Assembly (NCBI GenBank): GCA_045106895.1 | Contig: JBGCFM010000133.1 | Coordinates: 1 to 24,018, forward strand | Length of the DNA stretch: 24,018 nucleotides | Source of the DNA: Polyangiales bacterium | GTDB lineage: Bacteria > Myxococcota_A > Polyangia > Polyangiales > Houyiibacteriaceae | Reading direction: 5' to 3' | Part shown: piece after piece, positions 1-7,951 of the stretch | How the letters are laid out: each line of letters starts with the position of its first letter | How positions within the stretch are numbered: the stretch's first letter is position 1 | Notes under the pieces: generated by a model | Told to the model about the DNA's origin: nothing | Database searches by the model: none | The model's input: the letters and a program-made list of their open reading frames with translations, nothing else | Translations under genes and position numbers: made by a program

Positions 1-14
1 GATTTAAGCGAGCG

Positions 15-893
15 CTACTCGCCCGCAGCGAAGGACTTGATGAGGGCGTGAGCCAGTGAGAGCGGCGGGGGCACGAAGAAGCTCGCTTTGCGATCGAGGG
101 CGTCTCGGGCTTCTTGCCGTGAGCACCATCGAAACTCGGAAAGCTCTTCGTCGTCGAGGGAAACGTCGCGACTGGTGGCTTCGCACTCGTACCCAACCAT
201 GAGCTGGCGAGGAAAGGGCCACGGTTGTGAGCCGCGATAGACGACGTTGCTCAGTGACAGCCCGACCTCTTCACCGGTTTCTCGGTGCACACAGTCTTCC
301 AGGCTCTCTCCGGGTTCCACGAACCCCGCGAGGGCGCTGTACATGCCTTTGGGCCAGCCCGCTTGTCGCGCGAGAAGACAGTCGTCGCCATGCGTGACGA
401 GGACCATCACGGCCACGTCCGTGCGCGGGAAATGTTTGTGGGCGCAGCTCACGCAGTCGCGCGTGAATCCCGCCAAGCTCCCTCGAAGCTCGCCAGCGCA
501 GAGTTCGCAGAAGCGAGTCACGCGGTTCCAGCGACACATCGCGCGCGCGTAGCCAAGGAGTTTGGCTCGACTTGGTTCCATGAACGCGCCGGCGCGCCGC
601 AGGTCGGTGAAGGAATGCTCAAGGCCTACCGCGGTGGGGCTGTCGACGGCGCTGATGTCCGCCGCGAAGAGCGGGGTACCGTCTACGTCACCAAGAAAGA
701 TCGGCGACTCGTGCGGCATCGAACGGAGCGTCGCCATGTCCGAAATGATCGGCTCTGGCGGGCGACCATCATCGACGTGGTTCTTGCTTCGCCACACCAA
801 GAGAACCTGCGTCTCATCGTTCTCGAGGAGCGCGTTGAGCGTGCCGTCGTCTTTTCTCCGGGCGTCCGCGCGATCGAGAACAAGCGGGCTCAT
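15..893 (-). CDS. nudC: NAD(+)/NADH diphosphatase (NudC-family Nudix hydrolase)
   Basis: Zn-ribbon FCELC..RDCVSC, Nudix box AGFVEPGESLEDCVHRETGEEVGL and the NudC signature SQPWPFP. Start placed at ATG 893 (MSPLVLDR), which overlaps the speE stop (ATGA). The longer 5' extension in the ORF track overlaps speE. Confidence 0.92.
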   Translation of the reverse strand: MSPLVLDRADARRKDDGTLNALLENDETQVLLVWRSKNHVDDGRPPEPIISDMATLRSMPHESPIFLGDVDGTPLFAADISAVDSPTAVGLEHSFTDLRRAGAFMEPSRAKLLGYARAMCRWNRVTRFCELCAGELRGSLAGFTRDCVSCAHKHFPRTDVAVMVLVTHGDDCLLARQAGWPKGMYSALAGFVEPGESLEDCVHRETGEEVGLSLSNVVYRGSQPWPFPRQLMVGYECEATSRDVSLDDEELSEFRWCSRQEARDALDRKASFFVPPPLSLAHALIKSFAAGE

Positions 894-1729
894 AGCTTCG
901 CCAGGCCCTTCTTGACGTAGTTGGGCTGCGCAAAGGCACCTTTGTGGATGCCTTCGTTGTAGTAGCGGCAACCATCGTCGATGGCGTCCATGCGCTGCGT
1001 GTCGACGTCCATGGGCGAGCCGGCGTCGGAGCACCAGGTCCAGCTCCATGAGCCCGAAGGGTAGAGTGGAACGCCAGCGAAGTAGGGGTGCACTTCGGCC
1101 CAAAGAGAACGCAGTTTCTGCTGTGTCTCGAAGAAGACGTCGGGCAGCAGCACAGGGGTCTCGCTTTGGAGAGCGAGCACGCCGCCGTCTTTCAGCATGC
1201 GCTTGCAGCCCCGAAAGAACTCGATGCCGAAGAGCACCTCGCCGGGGCCGATGGGGTCGGTGCCATCGAGGAGAACGACATCGTATTTGTCGTCGTCGGA
1301 CGTCTTTACATAGTCGATGCCGTCGATGAAACGAACGTCGAGACGCGGGTCGTCCCACGCGGTGCCGATGGCGGGAAGGTGTTCTTTGCACGCACGCACG
1401 ACGAGCTCGTCGATCTCGATCATCGTGCACGCTTCGACGACTGGGTGGCGCAAAACCTCGCGCACAGTTCCACCATCACCGCCGCCGATCACAAGCACGC
1501 GTTTCGGCTCCTTGACCGTGAGCATCGCGGGGTGGGCGAGCATCTCGTGGTAAAAGAACTCATCGCGTTCGCTCGTCATGAAGACGTCGTCGATGGCCAT
1601 CGCGCGGCCGTAGTCCTTGGTGTCGAAGATCTCCACCTTCTGAAACTCGGACTGACCAGAGAATAAGGTCTTTGTCACCTCAAGGCTGAGGCGCGTTCCT
1701 TTAAAGGTCTCTTGATACCAAACGGACAT
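890..1729 (-). CDS. speE: Polyamine aminopropyltransferase (spermidine synthase)
   Basis: SEFQKVEIFDT, DEFFYHEMLAHP, VLVIGGGDGGTVREV, IEIDELV, DG, DVVLLDGTDP motifs. AAGGAG lies upstream of ATG 1729. Confidence 0.95.
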   Translation of the reverse strand: MSVWYQETFKGTRLSLEVTKTLFSGQSEFQKVEIFDTKDYGRAMAIDDVFMTSERDEFFYHEMLAHPAMLTVKEPKRVLVIGGGDGGTVREVLRHPVVEACTMIEIDELVVRACKEHLPAIGTAWDDPRLDVRFIDGIDYVKTSDDDKYDVVLLDGTDPIGPGEVLFGIEFFRGCKRMLKDGGVLALQSETPVLLPDVFFETQQKLRSLWAEVHPYFAGVPLYPSGSWSWTWCSDAGSPMDVDTQRMDAIDDGCRYYNEGIHKGAFAQPNYVKKGLAKL

Positions 1730-1809
1730 TCCTGGCTCCTTCGTTGTGGGTCTAGCAGCACACGCGGAGCACACAACGAGCCGCGTCCGGGGGGCGCCAC
1801 GTGGCGAAA

Positions 1810-2607
1810 CTAGAACGCAAGGGCGAGCTGTTTTGTGCCCTGATCCTTCGGCTGCGCGAGGGTCGGCAGCACCATGGGCATATCCTGTTTGGCGATGAGC
1901 AACTCGACCTTGCGGCCCCCGAGAGCTTTCATCGCCACCTGTTTTGCGCGTCGAGGGGAGTTCGCCTTCTGCGAGAGATGCATCAGAACGAGCCGCTGAA
2001 CGTTCGGGAGATCGCGAATCAGACCCGCGGCCTGTTCGTTGCTCAGGTGACCCCGTTCGCCGGCGATGCGGCGCTTCAGAAAAGGAGGGTAGGGTGCGAT
2101 CGCCAGCTGCTCGGGGCAGTGGTTGCTTTCAAGTAGGACGGTCTCGCAGTCGGCGAGATCATGCTTGAGCGTGGCTGGGATGTGTCCAAGGTCCGTGACG
2201 AGAGCGACGCGCTCGTCGGCCTTGGATTCGGCGATGATGGCGATCTGCGGCGCGTCATGGGGAAGCGGCACTGTGTGTATCGTGAGGCCATCGAAACGGA
2301 TCTTTCCGCGCGGACGAATATCCTCTACCCGGATGCTGCTGAGGGCCGTGGCGTCGCGTCGCGTCGCTGCACTTGCGTACACGGGCACATCGAGGTGTTT
2401 CGCCCATCGTGCGGCATGCTGAACGTGGTCCGCATGACTGTGCGTAATAACGAGCGCGTCGAAACCGGTGTCGGCGATCTGAAGCTCCGCCAGACGCTTT
2501 CGCAGCGCACGTACGGAAATTCCGGCATCGACGAGGACGCGGGTGCCGCCAGCCTCGAAGAGCGTCGCGTTTCCCTGGCTTCCCGAGCCGATCACCGAAA
2601 CGCGCAT
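1810..2607 (-). CDS. MBL-fold metallo-hydrolase (YycJ/WalJ-like)
   Basis: N-terminal SVIGSGSQGN, LVDAG, THSHADH (HxHxDH), PHDA, TDLG, LESNH, GHLSN, LMHLS. Start at ATG 2607. Confidence 0.88.
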   Translation of the reverse strand: MRVSVIGSGSQGNATLFEAGGTRVLVDAGISVRALRKRLAELQIADTGFDALVITHSHADHVQHAARWAKHLDVPVYASAATRRDATALSSIRVEDIRPRGKIRFDGLTIHTVPLPHDAPQIAIIAESKADERVALVTDLGHIPATLKHDLADCETVLLESNHCPEQLAIAPYPPFLKRRIAGERGHLSNEQAAGLIRDLPNVQRLVLMHLSQKANSPRRAKQVAMKALGGRKVELLIAKQDMPMVLPTLAQPKDQGTKQLALAF

Positions 2608-2718
2608 GGCCACTCGTACCGTTTGACGATCGTGGGTGCAAGGGCTCGATTCGTCGCTCGGGGCCCCTTGATCAAAGAAGCCCTTGAACCGAGCGCCAGT
2701 TGGCGAAAGACTCCGAGG

Positions 2719-3759
2719 GTGACGCAGCACGACGCGATCCTGGTGGTTTCATTTGGCGGACCTGAGAAGGCCGACGAGGTACTTCCGTTCCTTGAGCACG
2801 TCGTCAAAGGGCGAGGTGTTCCCAAAGAGCGCCTCACCGCTGTCGCCGAGCACTACTACGCGCTTGGTGGTCGCAGCCCGATCAACGACCAAAACCGCGC
2901 GCTTATCGCGGCCCTCGAGGAAGAGCTAAGCGAAAACCCGCTGAGCATCGAGAAGCTTCCGATCTACTTTGGCAACCGACACAGCGCGCCCTTTCTCGAG
3001 GACACGATGCGCGAGATGGCCGACGCCGGCGTAAAGAACGCAGTCGCCATCGTGACGAGCGCGTTTAGTTCCTACTCCGGCTGTCGCCAGTATCGCGAGG
3101 CCGTCGCCGTCGCTCAGGAGAACGTCGAAGGCGCGCCGAACATTACGTTCATCCGCCGCTTCTTTAATCACCCCGGTTTCCTCGACGCCTTCGCCGATCG
3201 CGTCCAGAGCGCCATCGGCGAAATCGGTGGCGAACCTCGGATCGCTTTCACGGCGCACAGCATCCCCGTGTCGATGGCCGAGAGCTCCGACTACGAGAAG
3301 CAGCTCATGGAAGCGTGTGAGCTCGTCGCCGCGAAGGTCGGCGTGTCCCAGTGGCAGCTGGTGTATCAGAGCCGCTCGGGTCCGCCGACGGTGCCGTGGC
3401 TTGAGCCGGACATCCTCGACCACATCGAAGCGCTCTCGCTCATCGGTACTGAACGCGTCGTCATCGCGCCCATCGGCTTCATCTCCGATCACATGGAGGT
3501 CGTTTGGGACCTCGACCACGAAGCGAAAGAGGCGTGTGAGGAGCACGGCATCGAGATGGCCCGCGCCCTCACCGTTGGCACTCACCCGAATTTCGTCAGC
3601 GGCCTACGGGAGCTCATCGGTGAAGTCATCGGTGACGTGACAGACAAGCGTAGTCTCGGTGTGTTAGGGCCTCGAGTATCGCCTTGTGCGGCCGACTGCT
3701 GCCCGCGTCCGGCGCGGCGTCCACGACCGCCCACGCCGGCAAATGGCGTGACGCGTTGA
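2719..3759 (+). CDS. hemH: Ferrochelatase (actinobacterial-like HemH/CpfC type)
   Basis: SFGGPE, GGRSPIN, FTAHSIP, YQSRSGPP..PWLEPD, PIGFISDHMEVVWDLD. Start placed at GTG 2719 (VTQHDAILVVSFGG). Cys-rich C-terminus PCAADCC. Confidence 0.93.
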   Translation: MTQHDAILVVSFGGPEKADEVLPFLEHVVKGRGVPKERLTAVAEHYYALGGRSPINDQNRALIAALEEELSENPLSIEKLPIYFGNRHSAPFLEDTMREMADAGVKNAVAIVTSAFSSYSGCRQYREAVAVAQENVEGAPNITFIRRFFNHPGFLDAFADRVQSAIGEIGGEPRIAFTAHSIPVSMAESSDYEKQLMEACELVAAKVGVSQWQLVYQSRSGPPTVPWLEPDILDHIEALSLIGTERVVIAPIGFISDHMEVVWDLDHEAKEACEEHGIEMARALTVGTHPNFVSGLRELIGEVIGDVTDKRSLGVLGPRVSPCAADCCPRPARRPRPPTPANGVTR

Positions 3760-3794
3760 GCTTGCGCAGCAGGCTTTAGACACTACTTTTTGTC

Positions 3795-4442
3795 ATGGTC
3801 GGCACCTCAATATCCGAATCCGCTTCTAAGGATCCCCGCGATCTCATCGTGGAACTTTGCCAACAGTTCTTCGCCCTGGGCTGGGTTTCGGGCACCGGCG
3901 GCGGTATCTCGATCCGTGAGAACGGCCGCGTCTATATGGCGCCGAGCGGAGTCCAGAAAGAGCGCCTGCGGCCCGAAGAGCTCTTCGTCCTAGACGATGC
4001 AGGTGAAGTCGTCGAAGCACCGGCGGCGGGGAAGTTGAGCGCGTGTGCTCCGCTCTTTTACAACGCCTTTCGTCTTCGCGACGCGGGCGCTGTACTCCAC
4101 AGTCACTCCATGAACGCCATGCTCGCGACGCTCATCCACGGCACGGAGTTTCGCGCCACGCATCTTGAGATGCTGAAGGGCGTTCGCGGCACCGGCTACC
4201 ACGACGAACTCGTCGTCCCGATCATTGAGAACACCGCCCACGAGTGTGATTTGGCGGATTCGATGGCTGCTGCCATCGAGGCGTACCCAACGAGCCACGC
4301 GGTCCTCGTTCGCCGTCACGGCGTTTACGTTTGGGGCAAAGACTGGGTCGAAGCGAAGACCCACGCCGAATGCTACGACTACCTCTTCGAGGCTTCCGTC
4401 CGTATGAAGCAGCTCGGTTTTGACGCGTCAAAGGCGCCCTGA
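3795..4442 (+). CDS. mtnB: Methylthioribulose-1-phosphate dehydratase (class II aldolase fold)
   Basis: [46 protein letters not shown] motifs. Adjacent to mtnD. Confidence 0.93.
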   Translation: MVGTSISESASKDPRDLIVELCQQFFALGWVSGTGGGISIRENGRVYMAPSGVQKERLRPEELFVLDDAGEVVEAPAAGKLSACAPLFYNAFRLRDAGAVLHSHSMNAMLATLIHGTEFRATHLEMLKGVRGTGYHDELVVPIIENTAHECDLADSMAAAIEAYPTSHAVLVRRHGVYVWGKDWVEAKTHAECYDYLFEASVRMKQLGFDASKAP

Positions 4443-4454
4443 GAGGAGCGGAGA

Positions 4455-4889
4455 ATGGAATCGCATTGGATCGACGATCAATCCCCCATCGAAGCAACCG
4501 AGCTTAGGCTCCACGGCATCCACTACGAAGCGCTAAGTCTCGACGCTTATCAGCCCACCATCGACACACTCAAAGAGTCGAACGGGTACATCCAGCAAGA
4601 CGAGATCAACATCCGCCCGGATACTCCAGGTCTCGATGGCCTGCTCCAGAAGTTCGACGGCGAACACCTTCATGACGAAGACGAAGTTCGTTTTGTCCTC
4701 GAAGGCGAGGGCATCTTTGACATCCGCAGCAACGATGACCGGTGGATGCGAGTTCGTGTTCAGCCGGGAGATCTCATCGTTGTTCCCGGCGGCCGCTACC
4801 ACCGCTTCGAGCTGACGGACACACGCACGATGCACTGCGTTCGGCTCTTTCAAGCCGTCAGCGGCTGGGTTCCCAAGTATCGCGAATAA
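4455..4889 (+). CDS. mtnD: Acireductone dioxygenase (cupin)
   Basis: EHLHDEDEVRF, GEGIFD, GDLIVVP..YHRF metal-binding cupin motifs. GAGGAG lies upstream. Confidence 0.93.
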   Translation: MESHWIDDQSPIEATELRLHGIHYEALSLDAYQPTIDTLKESNGYIQQDEINIRPDTPGLDGLLQKFDGEHLHDEDEVRFVLEGEGIFDIRSNDDRWMRVRVQPGDLIVVPGGRYHRFELTDTRTMHCVRLFQAVSGWVPKYRE

Positions 4890-4895
4890 GCCGCG

Positions 4896-5639
4896 CTAGC
4901 CGTTTAGCTCACGTTCCAGTTCGCGCTCTGCCTCGGCGAGCTCCTCTTCGCTGTATTCATCGTCCAGTTCTGCGACGCGGGCGTTTGGTCGCTTCCGCTC
5001 CTCTTCGACGGGCTGCTTTTCTACTCGCATCCCACGTCCAGATTTTCGCGCGACGTAGCGCGCAAACTCCCCGTCGGCCTGTTTCTCTTCGGTCGAGGGC
5101 GTCACCCCCTCGATGCGTTTTGCAAGAGCGTCAAAGAGCGCTGTCACGCCACCGTCGACGGCGTCTTCGAAGCGTTTCGCCGCCGCCGCGCTTCGGTCTT
5201 TGCGCTGCTGCTCGATGGCCGCCTTCTTCGCGTTCTTCTTTGCCTTACGCCGCTGCTTGATGAGCGCCTTCGGCACCGGCTCGGGTTGAAGCAGCTTCGC
5301 GCCCTGAAGCGCCATCAGCATTCCCCAACTCAGCAGTGGCCAATAAAACCACCACCCGCCGCCGCTGAGAAAGTCGATGGCGAAGAGAAAGATATTCACG
5401 ATGACGAAGGTCATCATGGATGCCTGAAAGCGCTGCTTTCGTTTTTGCCGGGCCTCCGCGACGGCGTCCGCTTCCTCCGTGCGTTCGTCGAGACGTTCGA
5501 CGGCCCGCTCGATGGCATCGCGTGAGACGCCGATCTCGGACGCTGCGGCGACCAGGTCATCATGGTCGATGTCGCCTTGTTCACTCAATGCACGCTGAAG
5601 AATCGCGTCCACTTCACCATCTTTGTAATTGCGCCCCAC
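4896..5639 (-). CDS. 2TM domain-containing membrane protein
   Basis: N-terminal YKDGEVDAILQRAL/LVAAASEIGVS helical region, two hydrophobic segments ending WWFYWPLLSWG (2TM pattern), charged C-terminal tail. GTG start. Confidence 0.75.
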   Translation of the reverse strand: MGRNYKDGEVDAILQRALSEQGDIDHDDLVAAASEIGVSRDAIERAVERLDERTEEADAVAEARQKRKQRFQASMMTFVIVNIFLFAIDFLSGGGWWFYWPLLSWGMLMALQGAKLLQPEPVPKALIKQRRKAKKNAKKAAIEQQRKDRSAAAAKRFEDAVDGGVTALFDALAKRIEGVTPSTEEKQADGEFARYVARKSGRGMRVEKQPVEEERKRPNARVAELDDEYSEEELAEAERELERELNG

Positions 5640-5662
5640 ACGTTAGAGATGGGGGAGAAGCA

Positions 5663-5692
5663 CAAAGGCCGCAAGGGTATGCGCGGCCTTTG
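5663..5692 (-). terminator. Stem-loop downstream of the aldehyde dehydrogenase gene
   Basis: CAAAGGCCGC (5663-5672) pairs perfectly with GCGGCCTTTG (5683-5692), with a 10-nt loop, 9 nt past the ALDH stop. The U-tract is weak. Confidence 0.55.
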
Positions 5693-5701
5693 CCACCGTG
5701 G

Positions 5702-7111
5702 TCAAAGCACCTTGCGTGCGATGCCTTCTTTCAAGCCGCTCATGGGTGGGTAGAGGAGTTGTGCAGAGTCGATCTTCGTGGAGACGTTCAACACGGACTT
5801 GCGATGGCTGAAAGTGTCGAAGCCCCACTTCCCGTGGTAGGCGCCCATGCCGCTCTCGCCAACGCCGCCGAAGGGCAGTTCGGGGACCGCTAGGTGCACC
5901 AGAACGTGGTTCACCGCACACCCACCGGAGCTGGTCCGAGCGATGACGTCTTCCTGGACGCGCTTGTCTCCCGCGAAGATGTAGAGCGCGAGGGGCTTGT
6001 CTCGGCGTTTGACGAAGGCGACGGCTTCGTTCGTATCGCGGACGGCGATGACCGGAAGAATCGGCCCGAAGATCTCATCGCGCATGACCGCGGAATCTTC
6101 GCTGACATCGCGGAGAATCGTTGGGGCAATGTAGCGGCTCTCGCGCTCGTGATCCCCACCCGTTGCCAGAGTCTGGCCTTCGAGGAGCGCCGTCAGTCGG
6201 TCGTGGTGACGCGTGTTCACGATGCGCTCAAAGTCCGGGCTTTGCTTTGGGTCGTCGCCGAAGTACTCGCGCACCGTCGCTACCAAGCGGTTGAGCAAGG
6301 CGTCGTGAACGGACTCGTCCACCAAGATGTAGTCCGGCGCCACGCAGGTCTGGCCCGCGTTGAAGAACTTGCCCCACACAATGCGCTTCGCGGCGACATC
6401 AAGGTCGGCGCTCTTATGCACGATGCACGGGCTCTTCCCGCCAAGCTCAAGCGTCACCGGCGTGAGGTGCTCGGCGGCGGCTCGCATCACGATGCGTCCG
6501 ACGGTGCCGTTGCCCGTGTAGAAGATGTGGTCGTAGCGCTCTTTGAGGATCGCGGTTGTCTCTTCGACACCACCTTCGAGCACACGAACTGCGCCAGCGT
6601 CCACGTACTTTGCGAGGCGCTCAGCGACGAGCGTCGCCGTGTGCGGGGCTACCTCCGAGGGTTTTAGGAGCGCGCAGTTTCCGGCAGCGATGGCCGCCAC
6701 GAGGGGCGAGAGGAGGAGCTGAAAAGGGTAGTTCCATGGCGAGATGATCAGCACCACGCCGAGGGGCTCTGGAACGATCTGACTTGAAGCCGGCTGGACG
6801 GTGATCGGCGTGGCGACCTTCGTCGGCGCCATCCAGCTCTTGAGCTTCTTGCGGGCGTGGACGGCCTCGTTCTTCACAAACACGATCTCGCTCGCGAATG
6901 CGCCGAGAGAGGGTTTCCCAAGATCTTTGGCGAGGGCCGCGGCGATGGCGGCTTCCTCCTCTACACAGAAGCGCTCGATGCCCTGGAGCTGCCGAATCCG
7001 CCATTCACGAGAACCGGTGAGTCCGCTTTCGAAGACCCGACGGAGGCCCGCGACGACGGGGCTTGGGTCAAAGGCATCCGGTGAGGTTGAGTTGGTCGCT
7101 GCGATTGTCAT
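5702..7111 (-). CDS. Aldehyde dehydrogenase, ALDH3-like (fatty/aromatic aldehyde) family
   Basis: EPLGVVLIISPWNYP, LKPSE, FYTGNG, TLELGGKSP, FNAGQTCVAPDY (catalytic Cys), EIFGPILP, PFGGVGESGMGAYHG. Start at ATG 7111. Confidence 0.93.
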   Translation of the reverse strand: MTIAATNSTSPDAFDPSPVVAGLRRVFESGLTGSREWRIRQLQGIERFCVEEEAAIAAALAKDLGKPSLGAFASEIVFVKNEAVHARKKLKSWMAPTKVATPITVQPASSQIVPEPLGVVLIISPWNYPFQLLLSPLVAAIAAGNCALLKPSEVAPHTATLVAERLAKYVDAGAVRVLEGGVEETTAILKERYDHIFYTGNGTVGRIVMRAAAEHLTPVTLELGGKSPCIVHKSADLDVAAKRIVWGKFFNAGQTCVAPDYILVDESVHDALLNRLVATVREYFGDDPKQSPDFERIVNTRHHDRLTALLEGQTLATGGDHERESRYIAPTILRDVSEDSAVMRDEIFGPILPVIAVRDTNEAVAFVKRRDKPLALYIFAGDKRVQEDVIARTSSGGCAVNHVLVHLAVPELPFGGVGESGMGAYHGKWGFDTFSHRKSVLNVSTKIDSAQLLYPPMSGLKEGIARKVL

Positions 7112-7205
7112 CCCTGTATCTATACGTCCGAGTGGGCGCCGGGGACAGGGGAGACGAAAAACGAGGCAATAGTCCCTAAAAAGAGGCGATTTTTGCCCCA
7201 TTCAG

Positions 7206-7257
7206 TGTGCACAAGTTGTACACGGGCTTGTAAATCTCTTGTGAAGAGGGGTGTAAA
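7206..7257. repeat. Five helically phased TGTRMA boxes (putative operator array)
   Basis: TGTGCA 7206, TGTACA 7217, TGTAAA 7229, TGTGAA 7240, TGTAAA 7252. Spacings are 11, 12, 11, 12 bp, in an AT-richer intergenic stretch. Confidence 0.65.
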
Positions 7258-7267
7258 CGTGTAGAAT
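7239..7267 (+). promoter_or_regulatory. Sigma70-like promoter
   Basis: TTGTGA (7239-7244), 17-nt spacer, TAGAAT (7262-7267), followed by GGAGG at 7279-7283 and ATG at 7290. Confidence 0.65.
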
Positions 7268-7289
7268 ACAACCCATACGGAGGGCACAA

Positions 7290-7373
7290 ATGAACGTCGA
7301 GAACCCAAATTCCTGGACACCGCCAAGCAAACCCGCCCCTTGGTGGGCGCACATTCTACGCTGGTGGCTCTGA
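7290..7373 (+). CDS. Putative 27-aa Trp/Pro-rich small protein or leader peptide MNVENPNSWTPPSKPAPWWAHILRWWL
   Basis: Translated by hand. GGAGG is 6 nt upstream of the ATG, a promoter sits just upstream, and the TGA stop is at 7371-7373. Not present in the ORF track. Confidence 0.6.
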   Translation: MNVENPNSWTPPSKPAPWWAHILRWWL

Positions 7374-7387
7374 GCCCATCCGCTCCA

Positions 7388-7405
7388 GCCCACAGTTTTG
7401 TGGGC
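7388..7405 (+). other. Hairpin downstream of the small ORF
   Basis: GCCCACA-GTTT-TGTGGGC forms a 7-bp stem. No U-tract follows. Confidence 0.45.
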
Positions 7406-7459
7406 GACCATGAGCCGGACTCGTTTGTAGAAATGCTGTCGGCGCGCGATGCTCTTGGA

Positions 7460-7951
7460 ATGAGAGTCGCCCGATTGCTCCTGATCTCCCTTTGTGCCTG
7501 CTCCGGCGGCCTCAGCCCGACGTCGCGTTCCCTCAGCGCAAGTGATTCGCTCCCAGCTGAATCTCGCGCGGTCCTCGATGAAACGACGCTCCCGGTCTTG
7601 CTATTCCCGACCCGTTACGCCGGCCTCACTCACGCCAGCGCCGGGGAGCACTTCTTCTCGCTCAACGTGCAGACAGAGAGAATGACGTTGATACTTCAGG
7701 GCACAGACGTGGTTCACGCCACCTTGCCCGAAGGGGCCCAGGTTCCAGCGCCACGGGAAACCGTCCGCGGTATCCCGGCGCGAACGACCGTGAACGAAGG
7801 AATTCGGAGCGTGACCTGGGGAGAGGTCGGCGCCGAGTACTCTCTGGAAGTGGAGTGCCACGAAGACCCGCTCGTCGATTCGCGCTGCGCGACGCCAGGC
7901 TTTGCCCTCGACCTCGCCGAAGAGCTCGTTGCCTACGAGGCACGACCATGA
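7460..7951 (+). CDS. Hypothetical lipoprotein, translationally coupled to the M23 peptidase
   Basis: MRVARLLLISLCAC signal/lipobox-like N-terminus from ATG 7460. Its stop overlaps the next ATG (ATGA 7948-7951). Confidence 0.7.
   Translation: MRVARLLLISLCACSGGLSPTSRSLSASDSLPAESRAVLDETTLPVLLFPTRYAGLTHASAGEHFFSLNVQTERMTLILQGTDVVHATLPEGAQVPAPRETVRGIPARTTVNEGIRSVTWGEVGAEYSLEVECHEDPLVDSRCATPGFALDLAEELVAYEARP

Noticed and set aside
894..1430. Long N-terminal extension of the NudC ORF (471 aa in the track)
   Set aside because: It overlaps speE in another frame and has Arg-rich shadow composition. The ATGA coupling at 890-893 gives a better start.
2161..2718. 186-aa extension of the ferrochelatase ORF suggesting a fusion
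   Set aside because: It is antisense to the MBL hydrolase gene. Homology-like sequence begins at GTG 2719.
7340..7459. Upstream TTG start for the lipoprotein as given in the track
   Set aside because: It would bury the signal peptide and overlap the better-supported small ORF.
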